DNA of 58,715 nt from positions 69,110-127,824 of the forward strand of contig VXOS01000142.1 of assembly GCA_009839925.1 (NCBI GenBank). Direction: 5' to 3'. Made by a program: the position numbers and the translations under genes. Positions 47,747-57,587 of this stretch are shown here, one piece after another. Under the pieces are notes generated by a model. The model did not search any database, was not told where the DNA came from, and saw nothing but the letters and a program-made list of their open reading frames with translations. This DNA is from Chloroflexota bacterium. GTDB lineage: Bacteria; Chloroflexota; Dehalococcoidia; UBA2979. Positions within the stretch are counted from its first letter, which is position 1; every line of letters starts with the position of its first letter.

Positions 47747-50242
47747 CTACCCCCGCGGCCGGGCGGCGGCGAGCTTCTCGCGCTGGCGCTCTTCGGCGGC
47801 CAGCGCGGCCGCGTCCTCGCCGCCCTCGTCAGGCCAGCCGACGATGCCGGCCTCCTTGAAGCCGTCGATCTCCGCGGGCGCGTAGCCGAGTTCCTCGAGG
47901 ATCGGGCGGGTGTGCTCGCCGGGCTCGCAGGCGGGACCGATGGTCGCCGGGGCGCTGTCGAGGGTGACGATCGGGCCGTGCCGCCAGTACTCCCCGAACG
48001 TCGGGTGACTGACGTCGACGGTGAAGCCCAGCTCGCGGTTGGCCTCGTTCCCGGCGAACTCGGCCACGTTGGCCGCGTCGGCGCGGACGCAGGCGACGTC
48101 GCGGGCGGCGAGGTCGCGCTCCCACTCGTCGGCGCCGCGCCCGAGGAACGCCTCGGCGAGCGCTGCCGCGAGCGCCTCGCCGTGCTGTTCGCGCGCATCG
48201 GCGCTGGCGAACCGCGGGTCGGCGAGCCACTCCTCGCGCCCCAGCTCCGCGCAGAGCGCGCGCCACTCGGGCTCGAACGGGGCGGCGAGGAAGACCCAGG
48301 CGTCATCGGCGGTGCGGTACAGCCGGTAGAGCGGCCCCTGCCCCAGCAGGTCGGCGTCGGGCTGCTGGCGTCGCGGCACGTCCGGACCACGGACGGCGCC
48401 GTCGGCGTTGGCGTAGAGGTTCGAGGCGATCATCGTCGTGAGCTGGTACTGGCCGACGCCCAGCTCCTCGGCGACGCGCAGGCCCAGCAGCAAACTGCTC
48501 CCGAGGCCGAGCGCCGCGTTGACGTCGGGGTTGCCCTCGTTCGCGTTCATCAGGCGCCAGGCCTTGCGCTTGAGCTCGTCCATCGGCAGCTCGGCGTCGT
48601 CGGCGTGGAGCTCGCTCGGCGGCATCTGCTGGATCGCGCCGCCGCCGAGGGCGCCCGCGATCGGATGCATCGCCGGCTTGTACGAGTAGGGGCCGGAGTC
48701 CCCGTAGGAGGCGCCGTAGTGGTAGACGACGCGAGGGTTGAGGTCGCGCGCCTGCTCGTAGCCGATGCCTAACCGCTCGGCGACGCCGGGGCGGAAGTTG
48801 TGCATGACAACGTCCGCGCGCGCCAGCAGCCGATGGATGATCTGCTGGCCCTCCGCCGTCTTGAGGTTGACCCCGATGCTCTCCTTGCCCCCGGTGGTCT
48901 TGTAGAACAGCATCCGCCCCGCCGTGTAGCGGCTGACCTCGCCCTCGGGCGGCTCGACCTTGATCACGCGCGCCCCGAGGTCGGCGAGCAACGCGCTCCC
49001 GAACGGCGTCGCGTAGAAGGTCGAGAAGTCGACGACCAACGTCCCCTCGAGAGGCGCGGCGGGTGCGGGGCCGGGCTCGCCCGGCTGCACGGCCGTCCAG
49101 CTCCCGGCGTCGATGCCGTTGGCCGAGCCGAGCGAGGGCGCTCCCCGGTCGGGCGCCGCCGGGGTCTCGGTCTGGCGCACGATCGGGCCGACCTGCTCGA
49201 CGCCGTCGATCTCGATGATGTGCTCGTTGTGCCGGACCTGGGGATGGTCGAACGCGTCGGGCGCTTCGAAGAGCGGCTCGATGGCGATGTCGCGCTCGGC
49301 GTCGAAGATCGGCTTCCATTCGGCCCAGGTCCGCTGACGGACGCGCTCGAGCACGGCCTCCCACACGTCCTCGCTGTCCCTCGCGTCCTTGAGCGCGGGG
49401 AGGTCGGCGAAGCGCGGCTCGGAGTAGAGGTCGGTGAGTCCGAGGGCGTTCATCTGCGCCATGAACAGGTGCGGCAGGGTGTTCGCGAACTGTAGCCAGA
49501 CGCCGTCCCTCGTGACCGCTGTGAGGTAGTTGGGACGCGGGATCTGGTGCTGGATCGCGCCCCAGGACCCGAGCCTGTCGGCAGCGAGCGGGTCGGCCCC
49601 GGCGGCCTGCAGGGCGAACCAGCGCAGCATGTCGTAGGCGGTGGTGCCCTGGAGCAGGCTCGTCTCGACGTGCGTGCCTCGATTGGTCTGTCGCCGCACG
49701 TGCAAGGCGGCGAGGATCCCCTGCAGCGCCGCGTGGAGCGCGCCGTAGCTTGCCGACGGCACGGCGGCGAAGACCGGGCCGCCTCGCTCGGGCAGCAGGC
49801 TCGAGAACTCGAGCATGCGCCCGGTCAGCGCCGAGACGATGCCCTCGTAACCCTTGAGGTGCGCCCAGGGGCCGCGCGCGCCGAAGCCTGTGATCGAGCC
49901 GTAGACGAGCGCCGGGTTGAGTTCCCGGGCGTCCTCGTAGCCGAGGCCGAGCCGCGTCATCACGCCAGGCCGGAAGTTCTCGATCAGCACGTCGGCCGTT
50001 GCGACCAGTTCGCGCGCGGTAGCTCGTCCGGCCTCGGACTTGAGGTCGAGGACGCGGCTGCCCTTGCCACGGTTCCAGAAGCCCCACGCGGGGCGCCCGC
50101 GGTACGGATCGCCCGATGGCGGCTCGATCTTGACGACCTCCGCTCCGTAGTCGGCGAGGATCGTGCTGACGAGGTTGCCGTGCATGCCCCGCGTGAAGTC
50201 GAGGACGCGCAGTCCGCTACAGGCCAGCATCACGGTCGTCAC
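47747..50242 (-). CDS. Two-domain (fused) family III CoA-transferase
   Basis: Two repeats of LAD(Y/L)GA.V.K.EPP...NFRPGV..RLG.GYE; start is GTG 50242 or ATG 50230. Confidence 0.88.
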   Translation of the reverse strand: MTTVMLACSGLRVLDFTRGMHGNLVSTILADYGAEVVKIEPPSGDPYRGRPAWGFWNRGKGSRVLDLKSEAGRATARELVATADVLIENFRPGVMTRLGLGYEDARELNPALVYGSITGFGARGPWAHLKGYEGIVSALTGRMLEFSSLLPERGGPVFAAVPSASYGALHAALQGILAALHVRRQTNRGTHVETSLLQGTTAYDMLRWFALQAAGADPLAADRLGSWGAIQHQIPRPNYLTAVTRDGVWLQFANTLPHLFMAQMNALGLTDLYSEPRFADLPALKDARDSEDVWEAVLERVRQRTWAEWKPIFDAERDIAIEPLFEAPDAFDHPQVRHNEHIIEIDGVEQVGPIVRQTETPAAPDRGAPSLGSANGIDAGSWTAVQPGEPGPAPAAPLEGTLVVDFSTFYATPFGSALLADLGARVIKVEPPEGEVSRYTAGRMLFYKTTGGKESIGVNLKTAEGQQIIHRLLARADVVMHNFRPGVAERLGIGYEQARDLNPRVVYHYGASYGDSGPYSYKPAMHPIAGALGGGAIQQMPPSELHADDAELPMDELKRKAWRLMNANEGNPDVNAALGLGSSLLLGLRVAEELGVGQYQLTTMIASNLYANADGAVRGPDVPRRQQPDADLLGQGPLYRLYRTADDAWVFLAAPFEPEWRALCAELGREEWLADPRFASADAREQHGEALAAALAEAFLGRGADEWERDLAARDVACVRADAANVAEFAGNEANRELGFTVDVSHPTFGEYWRHGPIVTLDSAPATIGPACEPGEHTRPILEELGYAPAEIDGFKEAGIVGWPDEGGEDAAALAAEERQREKLAAARPRG

Positions 50243-50259
50243 CCTTCGCGCGCGTCTGC

Positions 50260-52593
50260 TCAGCGGCAGATTACCTCGAAGGCGTAGCCGCGACCCGTCA
50301 GGCCCTCGATCACGGTCTCGAGGGCGGCGACGGTCTGCGAGCGCTCGCCGCCTCCGTCGTGCATCAGGATGATCGCGCCCGGCCGCACGTTGGCGAGGAT
50401 GTGCGAGGCGATCTGCTCCGCCCCCGGCCGCCGCCAGTCCTGCGGGTCGACCGACCAGAGGACGATCGACTTGCCGAGCTCGGCGGCGGTGCGGACGGCG
50501 CGCTCGTTCGTAGCGGCGTACGGCGGCCGCAGACACTCGATCGGGTCGACACTCGTCCCCGCGACGGCGTGGAGGGCGTCATCCGTGCTCGTCACCTGCG
50601 CGACGATGTCCTCGCGGTCCGCCTTGCTCAGCCAGATGTGGTCGAAGGTGTGGTTCTCGGCCTCGTGTCCGCCCTCGACCATGCGCTCGATGATCGTCGG
50701 GTACCTGGCGACGTTCTGGCCGAGCACGAAGAAGGTCGCCGTCACCCGGTAGCGCTCGAGCACGTCGAGCACCGCGGGTGTCCACGTGGGGTGCGGTCCG
50801 TCGTCGAAGGTCAGGTAGGCCAGCGGCGCGCCTGCCCGGTTGTGCGCCGGAGGGTGCGCCGGGTCCGCCCGATCCGGCGGCTCCTCGACGGGTTCGGGCT
50901 GCTGCCAGGCGGCCTCGACGGCGTCCCAGGTCGCGCGGTCGACGACGCCTGTCGGCTCGAGGTCGGCGCGGAGCTGGATGCGGATCACCGCCTCGCGGGT
51001 CGCCGTGTTGTAGACGTCGTAGTAGCGGCCGGGGTTGAGGAACCCGAGCCCCGGAACGCGCGCGAGTCGCTGCTGCAGCGCGCGCACGGCGCGCCCGCGA
51101 TCGCCCGCGCCGATCGTGTTGCCGCCGGCGAGGCGCTCCGGCGACGGCGCGGGCAGCAGCTCGTCAGCCGACGGCGCCTCCGGATGCACGCCGGGCGCGC
51201 GCTCGGCGGATTCGAGGAACGCCGCCAGTTCGTGCAGGTAGTCGTCATCGGGGGAGAGTTCGATCGCCCTCGAGGCCGCTTCGCGCGCCCGGTCCAGCTG
51301 GTCCGGCGAAGCGAGCGCGAAGGCCAGCGCGCGAACCGCGTGGATCGCCGCGTCGTCGGGCCGCTGCTCAAGCGCGCGCTCGCTGTAGTCGAGGAGCGTG
51401 ACGGCCATCGTCGTGAGGTCGTGCTCGGCGGCCGTGTCGATGATGAGCGGTCCGTTGAGAGCGAACGCCTGGGCAGGTGGGTGTCCGCGTTTCAGATCGA
51501 GCGCTGCCGCGTACTCCCCGGCGAGCACGTGGGTGAGCAGCGGTTGCCCGGGCGATCCCGCGTGCCCGAGGCGCGCCGCCGCCACCTGGTTCACGAGGAT
51601 CGAGAGCCAGCGCAGCCCGTCGTGACCGGGAACCTCGCCGGCCGCATGCACGGCGCGCGCCGCAGCCTCGCGCCAGAGATGGGCCTCCGCGAGCGCCACG
51701 ACGAACGCCGCGTCCGTCGTGGCATCCGGTGAAAGGCCGGACGGAACCGCGAGCTGCACGGGGCTCATGTCGCTGCCGTCCCAGCGGTAGATCTGGAGCG
51801 CGTGCTCCTCGACGGCGCAGGCGTAGCAGAACACGTAGGGGTTCGAGTCGTTGAGCACGAATTCGGGCAGGCCGTCTCCGTCGAGGTCCGTGATCTCGCC
51901 GGCGTTCGGCCGCGAGCTGATGTGCGAGAGCGCCGTGGAGAGGCGGGCGCCGTCGAAGCGGATCACATCGAACGTCCCGGCGTGCGCCCCTGTCGGTCCG
52001 CGGATTACGATCCAGGCGCTGCCGGGCACGGCGTCGATCGTGACGAGCTCGACCTGCTCCGTGCGCTGTGGCGCCGTGTCGATCTCGATGCGGCCGATCT
52101 CCTCGGACCAGGTTCCGTCGTCGCCGAGCCGGTGGACTGCGACGATGTGGAAGAAGTTGATCGGGTCGCCGTCGTCGTTCACGTAGAACGGCTGCGGTCC
52201 GTTCGTGACCACGGCCCAGTACGCCCCGTCCGCGTCTTCCACGCCAAGGTCCAGTGCGCTCGCCGTCAGCTCGTTCTCGCCGAACTCCTCGGTGATGGCG
52301 TCGAGCACGATCGAGGCGACTTCGTCGGCAAGCTCCTCGGCGCTCGGTGTCGGCTCCGGCGTCGGAGTGGGAGCGGGCGTCGCGGTCGGCGTGGGTGTCG
52401 GCGCAGGTGTCGGGCTTGGCGCGGCCGTCGGCGAGGGGCTCGCTGCGGCGGTTGCGGTCGGGCTCGGCGCGCTCGTCGGCGAACGCGCCTCCGTGGCAAC
52501 GGTGATCGGCGCGGGTTCGTCGCCCCCCTCGCAGCCGGCGAGGACGGTACCTGTCAGCAGCAGCGCGGCAGCGAGGGCAGTCCGGGCGTTCAT
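50260..52593 (-). CDS. Lipoprotein with Pro/Thr linker, TPR-like and peptidoglycan-binding regions, and C-terminal NodB polysaccharide deacetylase
   Basis: Lipobox VLAGC; DLDGDG loop; GDRGRAVRALQQRL...TGVVD..TW; TFDDGP, HTFDH, RPPY, DW, LMHD. Confidence 0.85.
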   Translation of the reverse strand: MNARTALAAALLLTGTVLAGCEGGDEPAPITVATEARSPTSAPSPTATAAASPSPTAAPSPTPAPTPTPTATPAPTPTPEPTPSAEELADEVASIVLDAITEEFGENELTASALDLGVEDADGAYWAVVTNGPQPFYVNDDGDPINFFHIVAVHRLGDDGTWSEEIGRIEIDTAPQRTEQVELVTIDAVPGSAWIVIRGPTGAHAGTFDVIRFDGARLSTALSHISSRPNAGEITDLDGDGLPEFVLNDSNPYVFCYACAVEEHALQIYRWDGSDMSPVQLAVPSGLSPDATTDAAFVVALAEAHLWREAAARAVHAAGEVPGHDGLRWLSILVNQVAAARLGHAGSPGQPLLTHVLAGEYAAALDLKRGHPPAQAFALNGPLIIDTAAEHDLTTMAVTLLDYSERALEQRPDDAAIHAVRALAFALASPDQLDRAREAASRAIELSPDDDYLHELAAFLESAERAPGVHPEAPSADELLPAPSPERLAGGNTIGAGDRGRAVRALQQRLARVPGLGFLNPGRYYDVYNTATREAVIRIQLRADLEPTGVVDRATWDAVEAAWQQPEPVEEPPDRADPAHPPAHNRAGAPLAYLTFDDGPHPTWTPAVLDVLERYRVTATFFVLGQNVARYPTIIERMVEGGHEAENHTFDHIWLSKADREDIVAQVTSTDDALHAVAGTSVDPIECLRPPYAATNERAVRTAAELGKSIVLWSVDPQDWRRPGAEQIASHILANVRPGAIILMHDGGGERSQTVAALETVIEGLTGRGYAFEVICR

Positions 52594-52630
52594 CGGGTCG
52601 AACCTAGCACGCGAACGCTACTATCGGTGC

Positions 52631-53497
52631 ATGACGCCGCCCGCACGGATAAAGGTCGAGGAGACGCCTGCACGCAGGCTGCTGACGCCCACCGGCGGCT
52701 ACCTCTCTGCCTTCTCGCACACGCTCAACCCCTACGCGGGCTGCGCCTTCGGCGATCGCGGCTGCGGGGTCTACTGCTACGTCGCCGAGTCGCCGATCGG
52801 GCGCTTCGCCGAGCGGCCGTGGGGCCGCTGGCTGCGCGTCAAAACGAACGCCGCCGAGGCCCTGCGCCGCGAGCTGGAGCGCCGGCCGCGCCTCGAGGAC
52901 GTGCGCATCTTCATGAGCTCCGCGACCGACCCCTACCAGCCCGCGGAGTCCCGCTACCGCGTCACTCGCTCGATCCTCGAGGTCTTTCGCGAGTTCCCGG
53001 TCGGCCTGCTGCTGCTGCAGACGCGCTCCCCGCTCGTCGAGCGCGATCTCGACCTGCTGGCCGGGCTGCCGTTCGTCTGGCTCTCGATGACCGTCGAGAC
53101 GGACGACGACGAGGTGCGGCGCGCCCTCACGCCGACCTGCCCGAGCATCGAGCGGCGCCTCGCGGCGATGCGCCGGGCGCGTTCGCACGGCATCGCCGTG
53201 CAGGCGGCGATCAGCCCAGTGCTGCCGCACGACCGCGAGCGCTTCGCCGAGCTGATCGACGGGGCCGCCGACCGGGTGGTCGTCGACACCTTCGTCGGAG
53301 ACGGCGCGAGCGGACGGCGCACGGCGGCGCGGCCCCTCCCCGCCTGCTTCGCCGACCTCGGCTACGGCGACTGGCGCGACGAGCGGTCCGCCCGGGCGCT
53401 GTACGAGGAGCTGCGAACGCGACTGGGCCCCGAGCACGTCGGCTGGTCCGTCGAGGGCTTCAACGAGCTTGCGAGGCCCGTTGTGGCGGGCGTGTAG
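52631..53497 (+). CDS. Spore-photoproduct-lyase-like radical SAM protein
   Basis: LNPYAGC...C..YCY, MSSATDPYQPAE, TRSPLVERD. Confidence 0.8.
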   Translation: MTPPARIKVEETPARRLLTPTGGYLSAFSHTLNPYAGCAFGDRGCGVYCYVAESPIGRFAERPWGRWLRVKTNAAEALRRELERRPRLEDVRIFMSSATDPYQPAESRYRVTRSILEVFREFPVGLLLLQTRSPLVERDLDLLAGLPFVWLSMTVETDDDEVRRALTPTCPSIERRLAAMRRARSHGIAVQAAISPVLPHDRERFAELIDGAADRVVVDTFVGDGASGRRTAARPLPACFADLGYGDWRDERSARALYEELRTRLGPEHVGWSVEGFNELARPVVAGV

Positions 53498-53521
53498 TTA
53501 TGTCACTTATGTGGAGAAAAC

Positions 53522-53919
53522 GGCCAGGGGGCCTGTAAGCCGAATTCTGTACCGCCCTCGCAACGAGGACGGCGACGGCCATCCATCTAGGACGGCGGTT
53601 GCCCGCCGCCTCCAGCGGCCTACCCGGGAGCGGAGCCGGACGCCCCTGCCGTGCAGAGCACGGCGCGCTCCCCTATTTGGCCTTGCTCCGGGCGGGGTTT
53701 GCCCGGCCGCCCCGTCTCCGGGACGCCGGTGCGCTCTTACCGCACCATTTCACCCTTACCCCCGCGCCCCGAGGAGCGCGGTGGCGGTATGTTTCTGTGG
53801 CACTTTCCGTCGGCTCGCGCCGCCCGGCCGTTAGCCGGCGCCCTGTCCGGAGGAGTTCGGACTTTCCTCCCGCGGCCCGCCCGAAGGCGTTCCGCCGGCG
53901 GCCGTCCGGCCCCCTGGCC
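53522..53919 (-). ncRNA. rnpB: RNase P RNA (type A)
   Basis: GAGGAAAGTCC, AGTGCCACAGAAA, GGTAAGAGCGCACC, GAGCAAGGCCAAATAG and ACAGAATTCGGCTTA on the minus strand; terminal GGCCAGGGG/CCCCTGGCC helix. Confidence 0.96.
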
Positions 53920-53929
53920 ACCTTCGATC

Positions 53930-55009
53930 CTACTCCCCGGCGCCCGCCGCCCGCGACATCACGTGCAGATCGTCCGCCGGCAACTCCACCACCCAGCGCT
54001 CCCGGCCCGCCACGCCGAGGATCTCGTAGGGCCTCGAGGCGACCTCGACGGCGATCGGCGGGCCGGCGCCCTCGGGGGCGAGGTGCAGCGTGTGCGTGTT
54101 GCCGAACGCCAGCTCGTCGACGACGCGCGCGACGAAGCAGTTCTCCGGCAGCGAGCCTTCCGGATCGAGCCGGCGCAGCACGACCCGCTCCGCGCGGATG
54201 GCGACATCAACCGCCTCCGCCTGGGCCGTGTCGGGCGGCAGCGCGGCGCGCAGCGGCAGGCCGGAGACGACCACGCCGTCGCCGCGACGCTCCCCCTCGA
54301 AGATGTTGGAGAACCCGGTCAACTCCGCGACCAGCCGCGAGGCGGGGCGCCGGAACACCTCGTCGCGAGGGCCGAACTGCAGCACCCTCCCCTCGTCGAG
54401 GACGGCGATGCGGTCGCCGAGCAGGTGCGCCTCGCGCAGGTCGTGCGTGACGAAGACGATCGAGAGCCGCATCTCGCGGCGCAGGCGCAGCAGCTCCGCC
54501 CGCAGATCGGCGCGCAGCGCCTCGTCCAGCGCCGAGAACGGCTCGTCGAGCAGCAGCACGTCGGCATGACGCACGAGCGCCCGCGCGAGGGCGGCCCGCT
54601 GCTGCTGTCCGCCCGAGAGCTGGTGCGGCCGCCGTCCGTCGAGCCCCTCGATCGAGAGCAGCCGCAGCAGCTCCTCGTAACGCCCGGGCGCGTCGATGTC
54701 GCGCTCGAGGCCGATCAGCACGTTGCGCCGCAGGTCGAGGTGCGGGAACAGCGTCGGCTCCTGCACGACGTAGCCGCTGCGCCGCTCCTGCGGCGGCAGA
54801 TCGACACCCGCCTCGGCGTCGAAGACGGTGCGCCCGCCGATCTCGATGCGGCCGCCGCGAGGACGCAGCAGGCCCGCGATCGCGCGCAGCGTCAGGCTCT
54901 TGCCGGAACCGGAACGCCCGTAGAGCACCACCAGCTCGTCGTCGGCCTCGAGGGCTACCGCGAGGTCGAAGTCGCCGACGCGCGCCTCGAAGCGCGCGCG
55001 CAGCGTCAT
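53930..55009 (-). CDS. modC: Molybdate ABC transporter ATPase
   Basis: GRSGSGKS, LSGGQQQR, LLLDEPF, VTHD; follows modB. Confidence 0.88.
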   Translation of the reverse strand: MTLRARFEARVGDFDLAVALEADDELVVLYGRSGSGKSLTLRAIAGLLRPRGGRIEIGGRTVFDAEAGVDLPPQERRSGYVVQEPTLFPHLDLRRNVLIGLERDIDAPGRYEELLRLLSIEGLDGRRPHQLSGGQQQRAALARALVRHADVLLLDEPFSALDEALRADLRAELLRLRREMRLSIVFVTHDLREAHLLGDRIAVLDEGRVLQFGPRDEVFRRPASRLVAELTGFSNIFEGERRGDGVVVSGLPLRAALPPDTAQAEAVDVAIRAERVVLRRLDPEGSLPENCFVARVVDELAFGNTHTLHLAPEGAGPPIAVEVASRPYEILGVAGRERWVVELPADDLHVMSRAAGAGE

Positions 55010-55803
55010 CGGTACGCCCCCGCCGTCGCCGTCACGCGGTGCAGTGCGAGCAGCAGCAAGGCGGCAAAGCCGAGCAGCACGACCGAGAGCGAGACGGCGC
55101 CGGCGATCCCGGACTCGGACTCGAACGCCGCGAGGATGGCGAGCGGCATCGTCTGCGTCTTGCCAGGCAGCGAGCCCGCGAAGAGCAGCGTCGCGCCCAG
55201 CTCGCCGAGCGCGCGCGCCCAGCAGAGCACCGCGCCGCCCGCCAGCGAGGGCCAGACCAGCGGCAGCGTGACGCTGCGGAAGGTGCGCCAGCGCGAGAGC
55301 CCGAGGGTGTAGGCGACGCCCTCGAAGCGCGGGTCGGCGCCGCTGAAGCCGGCGTAGGCGGAGCGCACGTAGAACGGCGCGGAGACGAAGAGCTGGGCCA
55401 GCACCACCGCCGCGGTGGTGAAGGAGAGCGAGAGGCCGATCCCGCCGAGCGTCTCGCCGAGGTAGCCGCTGCGCCCGAACGCGGAGAGCAGCGCGATGCC
55501 CGCAACCGTGGGCGGCAGCACCAGCGGCAGGTCGAGCAGCGAGGCCGCGAGGCGGGCCGCCCTCGCGCGGCTGCGGGCGAGCAGCCAGGCGAGCGGCGTG
55601 CCGAGCAGCACGGCGATGACGAGGCTGATCGTGGCGGTGACCACCGAGAGGCGCAGCGCGTCCCAGGTGGCGCCGGAGCCAAGCTCGGCGGCGACATCAC
55701 CGTCGCTCAGGGCGCGCCAGACGAGGCCGCCGAGCGGCAGGAGCAACAGCAGCGCGAGCAGGGCCGCCGCCACGGCCAGCGCGATCGCCACGCCGCGGCT
55801 CAT
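55006..55803 (-). CDS. modB: Molybdate ABC transporter permease
   Basis: DLPLVLPPTVAG, WARALGELGAT, GKTQTMPLAI. Confidence 0.92.
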   Translation of the reverse strand: MSRGVAIALAVAAALLALLLLLPLGGLVWRALSDGDVAAELGSGATWDALRLSVVTATISLVIAVLLGTPLAWLLARSRARAARLAASLLDLPLVLPPTVAGIALLSAFGRSGYLGETLGGIGLSLSFTTAAVVLAQLFVSAPFYVRSAYAGFSGADPRFEGVAYTLGLSRWRTFRSVTLPLVWPSLAGGAVLCWARALGELGATLLFAGSLPGKTQTMPLAILAAFESESGIAGAVSLSVVLLGFAALLLLALHRVTATAGAYR

Positions 55804-56615
55804 CGCGCCTGCACCCCGGCGACGCTGGGCAGGAACCCGTAGAGGCCGAAGATCGCCTGCGCGTTCGGCGACAGCAGCCAGGCGAGCAGCTCCCCGGCCG
55901 CCGGCTCGGCGCCTTCGATCAGCACCGCCACGTACTCGTTCGGAGGCGTCTGGGGCGGCAGCAGGATGGCGCGCAGCCCGTCGCTCACCGCGACATCCGA
56001 GGCGTAGACGAAGGCCGCGTCGGCCTCCCCGAGTTCGAGTCGCGAGAGCACGATCCGCACGCTCGGATCCTCCGTCGCGATCTTGTCGCGCAACGCTTCA
56101 GCGGTTTCCGGCTGCTGCTGTTCGACCCACGCAAGGGCGATCCGCGAGAGCAGGCCCACCGGTACCGAGGGCGCGCCGACCGCGATCCGCACGTCCGCCA
56201 GCGCCAGATCGCGGAGGCTGCGCCGTGGCGCAGCCTCGGGCACGGCGACGACGAGGACGTTCGCCGTCACCACCGTGGGCCGGGCGGCAAGTCCGGCGTC
56301 GAGCAGCCGCGCGGCCTGCAGCGGATTGGCGGAGATGAAGAGATCGTCGTCCGCCCCTTCCGCGATCTGGGAGGCAAGCACCTGCGAGCCGGCGAAGCGC
56401 AACTCGACCTCGACACCGGGGTAGGCGCGCTCGAAGCCCGCGACGATGTCGGGCAGCACGTGCCGCAGCGAGGACGCCGCCGCGATGGTGACGGTCGGCT
56501 CCCGGTCGCCGTCGCCGCAGCCGCCGAGCAGCAGCGCGAGGACACCGAGGACCGCGAGCGCCGGGAGTGGAGCACGGAGGCGCCGCGATGGCGAGAGTCG
56601 GCAGGCTGCGCGCAT
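55800..56615 (-). CDS. modA: Molybdate ABC transporter substrate-binding lipoprotein
   Basis: Lipobox LGGC, AAASSL, FAGSQVLASQI, VPVG, GEADAAFVYASD. Confidence 0.9.
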   Translation of the reverse strand: MRAACRLSPSRRLRAPLPALAVLGVLALLLGGCGDGDREPTVTIAAASSLRHVLPDIVAGFERAYPGVEVELRFAGSQVLASQIAEGADDDLFISANPLQAARLLDAGLAARPTVVTANVLVVAVPEAAPRRSLRDLALADVRIAVGAPSVPVGLLSRIALAWVEQQQPETAEALRDKIATEDPSVRIVLSRLELGEADAAFVYASDVAVSDGLRAILLPPQTPPNEYVAVLIEGAEPAAGELLAWLLSPNAQAIFGLYGFLPSVAGVQAR

Positions 56616-56782
56616 TCCGCCCAGGGCTTCCCCGCAGTCCGCGCCGGCCTGGACAGTCCCGGAACGCCGCCGCGCCTCCGAGTATATTCGGCAGCGCCCT
56701 CGGTGCTACGATCGTTCCCTGCCCGCGGCGCGGGCAGCCGAGGCTCGCGGCAGCCGATCGCGGGCCACACCGGAGACCCGCC

Positions 56783-57337
56783 GTGCACTTCAATGTCGCC
56801 ACGCTGCTGCAGGAGGGGGTGGGGAGCCGCCGCGACGGCCGCCTCGAGGGCGAGGCGATGCACGTTGCCGCGGTGGGCTGGAGCGCCCTCGCCAGCGGCG
56901 AGGTGCGGCTGCTGCGCTCGACCCGCGGAGTGCTGGTGCACGCGCGGCTCGAGACGGCCCCGCTCGTCGAGTGCGCGCGCTGCCTGGAGCCGTTCCGGCA
57001 GGTGCTCTCGCTGACCATCGACGAGGAGTTCGTCGCGCCGTACGACCTGCTCACCGGCGAGGCGGTGGAGCCGATCGACGAGGACGACTTCCGGATCGAC
57101 GAGCAGCACCATCTCGACCTCAGCGAGGCGGTCCGGCAGTATGAACAGACGGCAATCCCGATCCAGCCGGTCTGCCGTCCCGCCTGCGCCGGGCTGTGCG
57201 CGGAGTGCGGGAGCAATCGCAACCTCGCTCCTTGCGGGTGCGCGGAGGCAGTCACGGCGGGGCCGTGGGAGGCGCTGACCGCGCTGAGCGAGCGGCTGCA
57301 CGCCACGGAGGAGAGCGATGGCGCTACCGAAACGTAG
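56783..57337 (+). CDS. yceD: DUF177/YceD family protein
   Basis: CARCL, LDLSE, CRPACAGLCAECG; upstream of rpmF. Confidence 0.9.
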   Translation: MHFNVATLLQEGVGSRRDGRLEGEAMHVAAVGWSALASGEVRLLRSTRGVLVHARLETAPLVECARCLEPFRQVLSLTIDEEFVAPYDLLTGEAVEPIDEDDFRIDEQHHLDLSEAVRQYEQTAIPIQPVCRPACAGLCAECGSNRNLAPCGCAEAVTAGPWEALTALSERLHATEESDGATET

Positions 57338-57527
57338 GACCCCGAAGGCGAAGCAGCGGCAGCGCCGCAGCCACCATCGGATCATCACGCCGCACCTCGT
57401 GCGCTGCACGACCTGCAACGCCTGGCACATCAGCCATCACGTGTGCGAGGTTTGCGAGGATGACTACAATGACGCCGCCGAGGCGGCCCCGGTCACCGAG
57501 GCCGAAGACGCCGACGACGAGGAGTAG
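57318..57527 (+). CDS. rpmF: 50S ribosomal protein L32
   Basis: MALPKRRTPKAKQRQRRSH, CTTC...HHVCEVC. Confidence 0.92.
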   Translation: MALPKRRTPKAKQRQRRSHHRIITPHLVRCTTCNAWHISHHVCEVCEDDYNDAAEAAPVTEAEDADDEE

Positions 57528-57587
57528 CCTCCAGCCGGACTCCGCGCGGTTCGGCCCGAGGCACACCGAACAACCCGCGGAGCACCG

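Noticed and set aside
52595-52620. LexA box upstream of the SPL-like gene
   Set aside because: Two GAAC copies in direct orientation 9 nt apart do not fit GAAC-N4-GTTC
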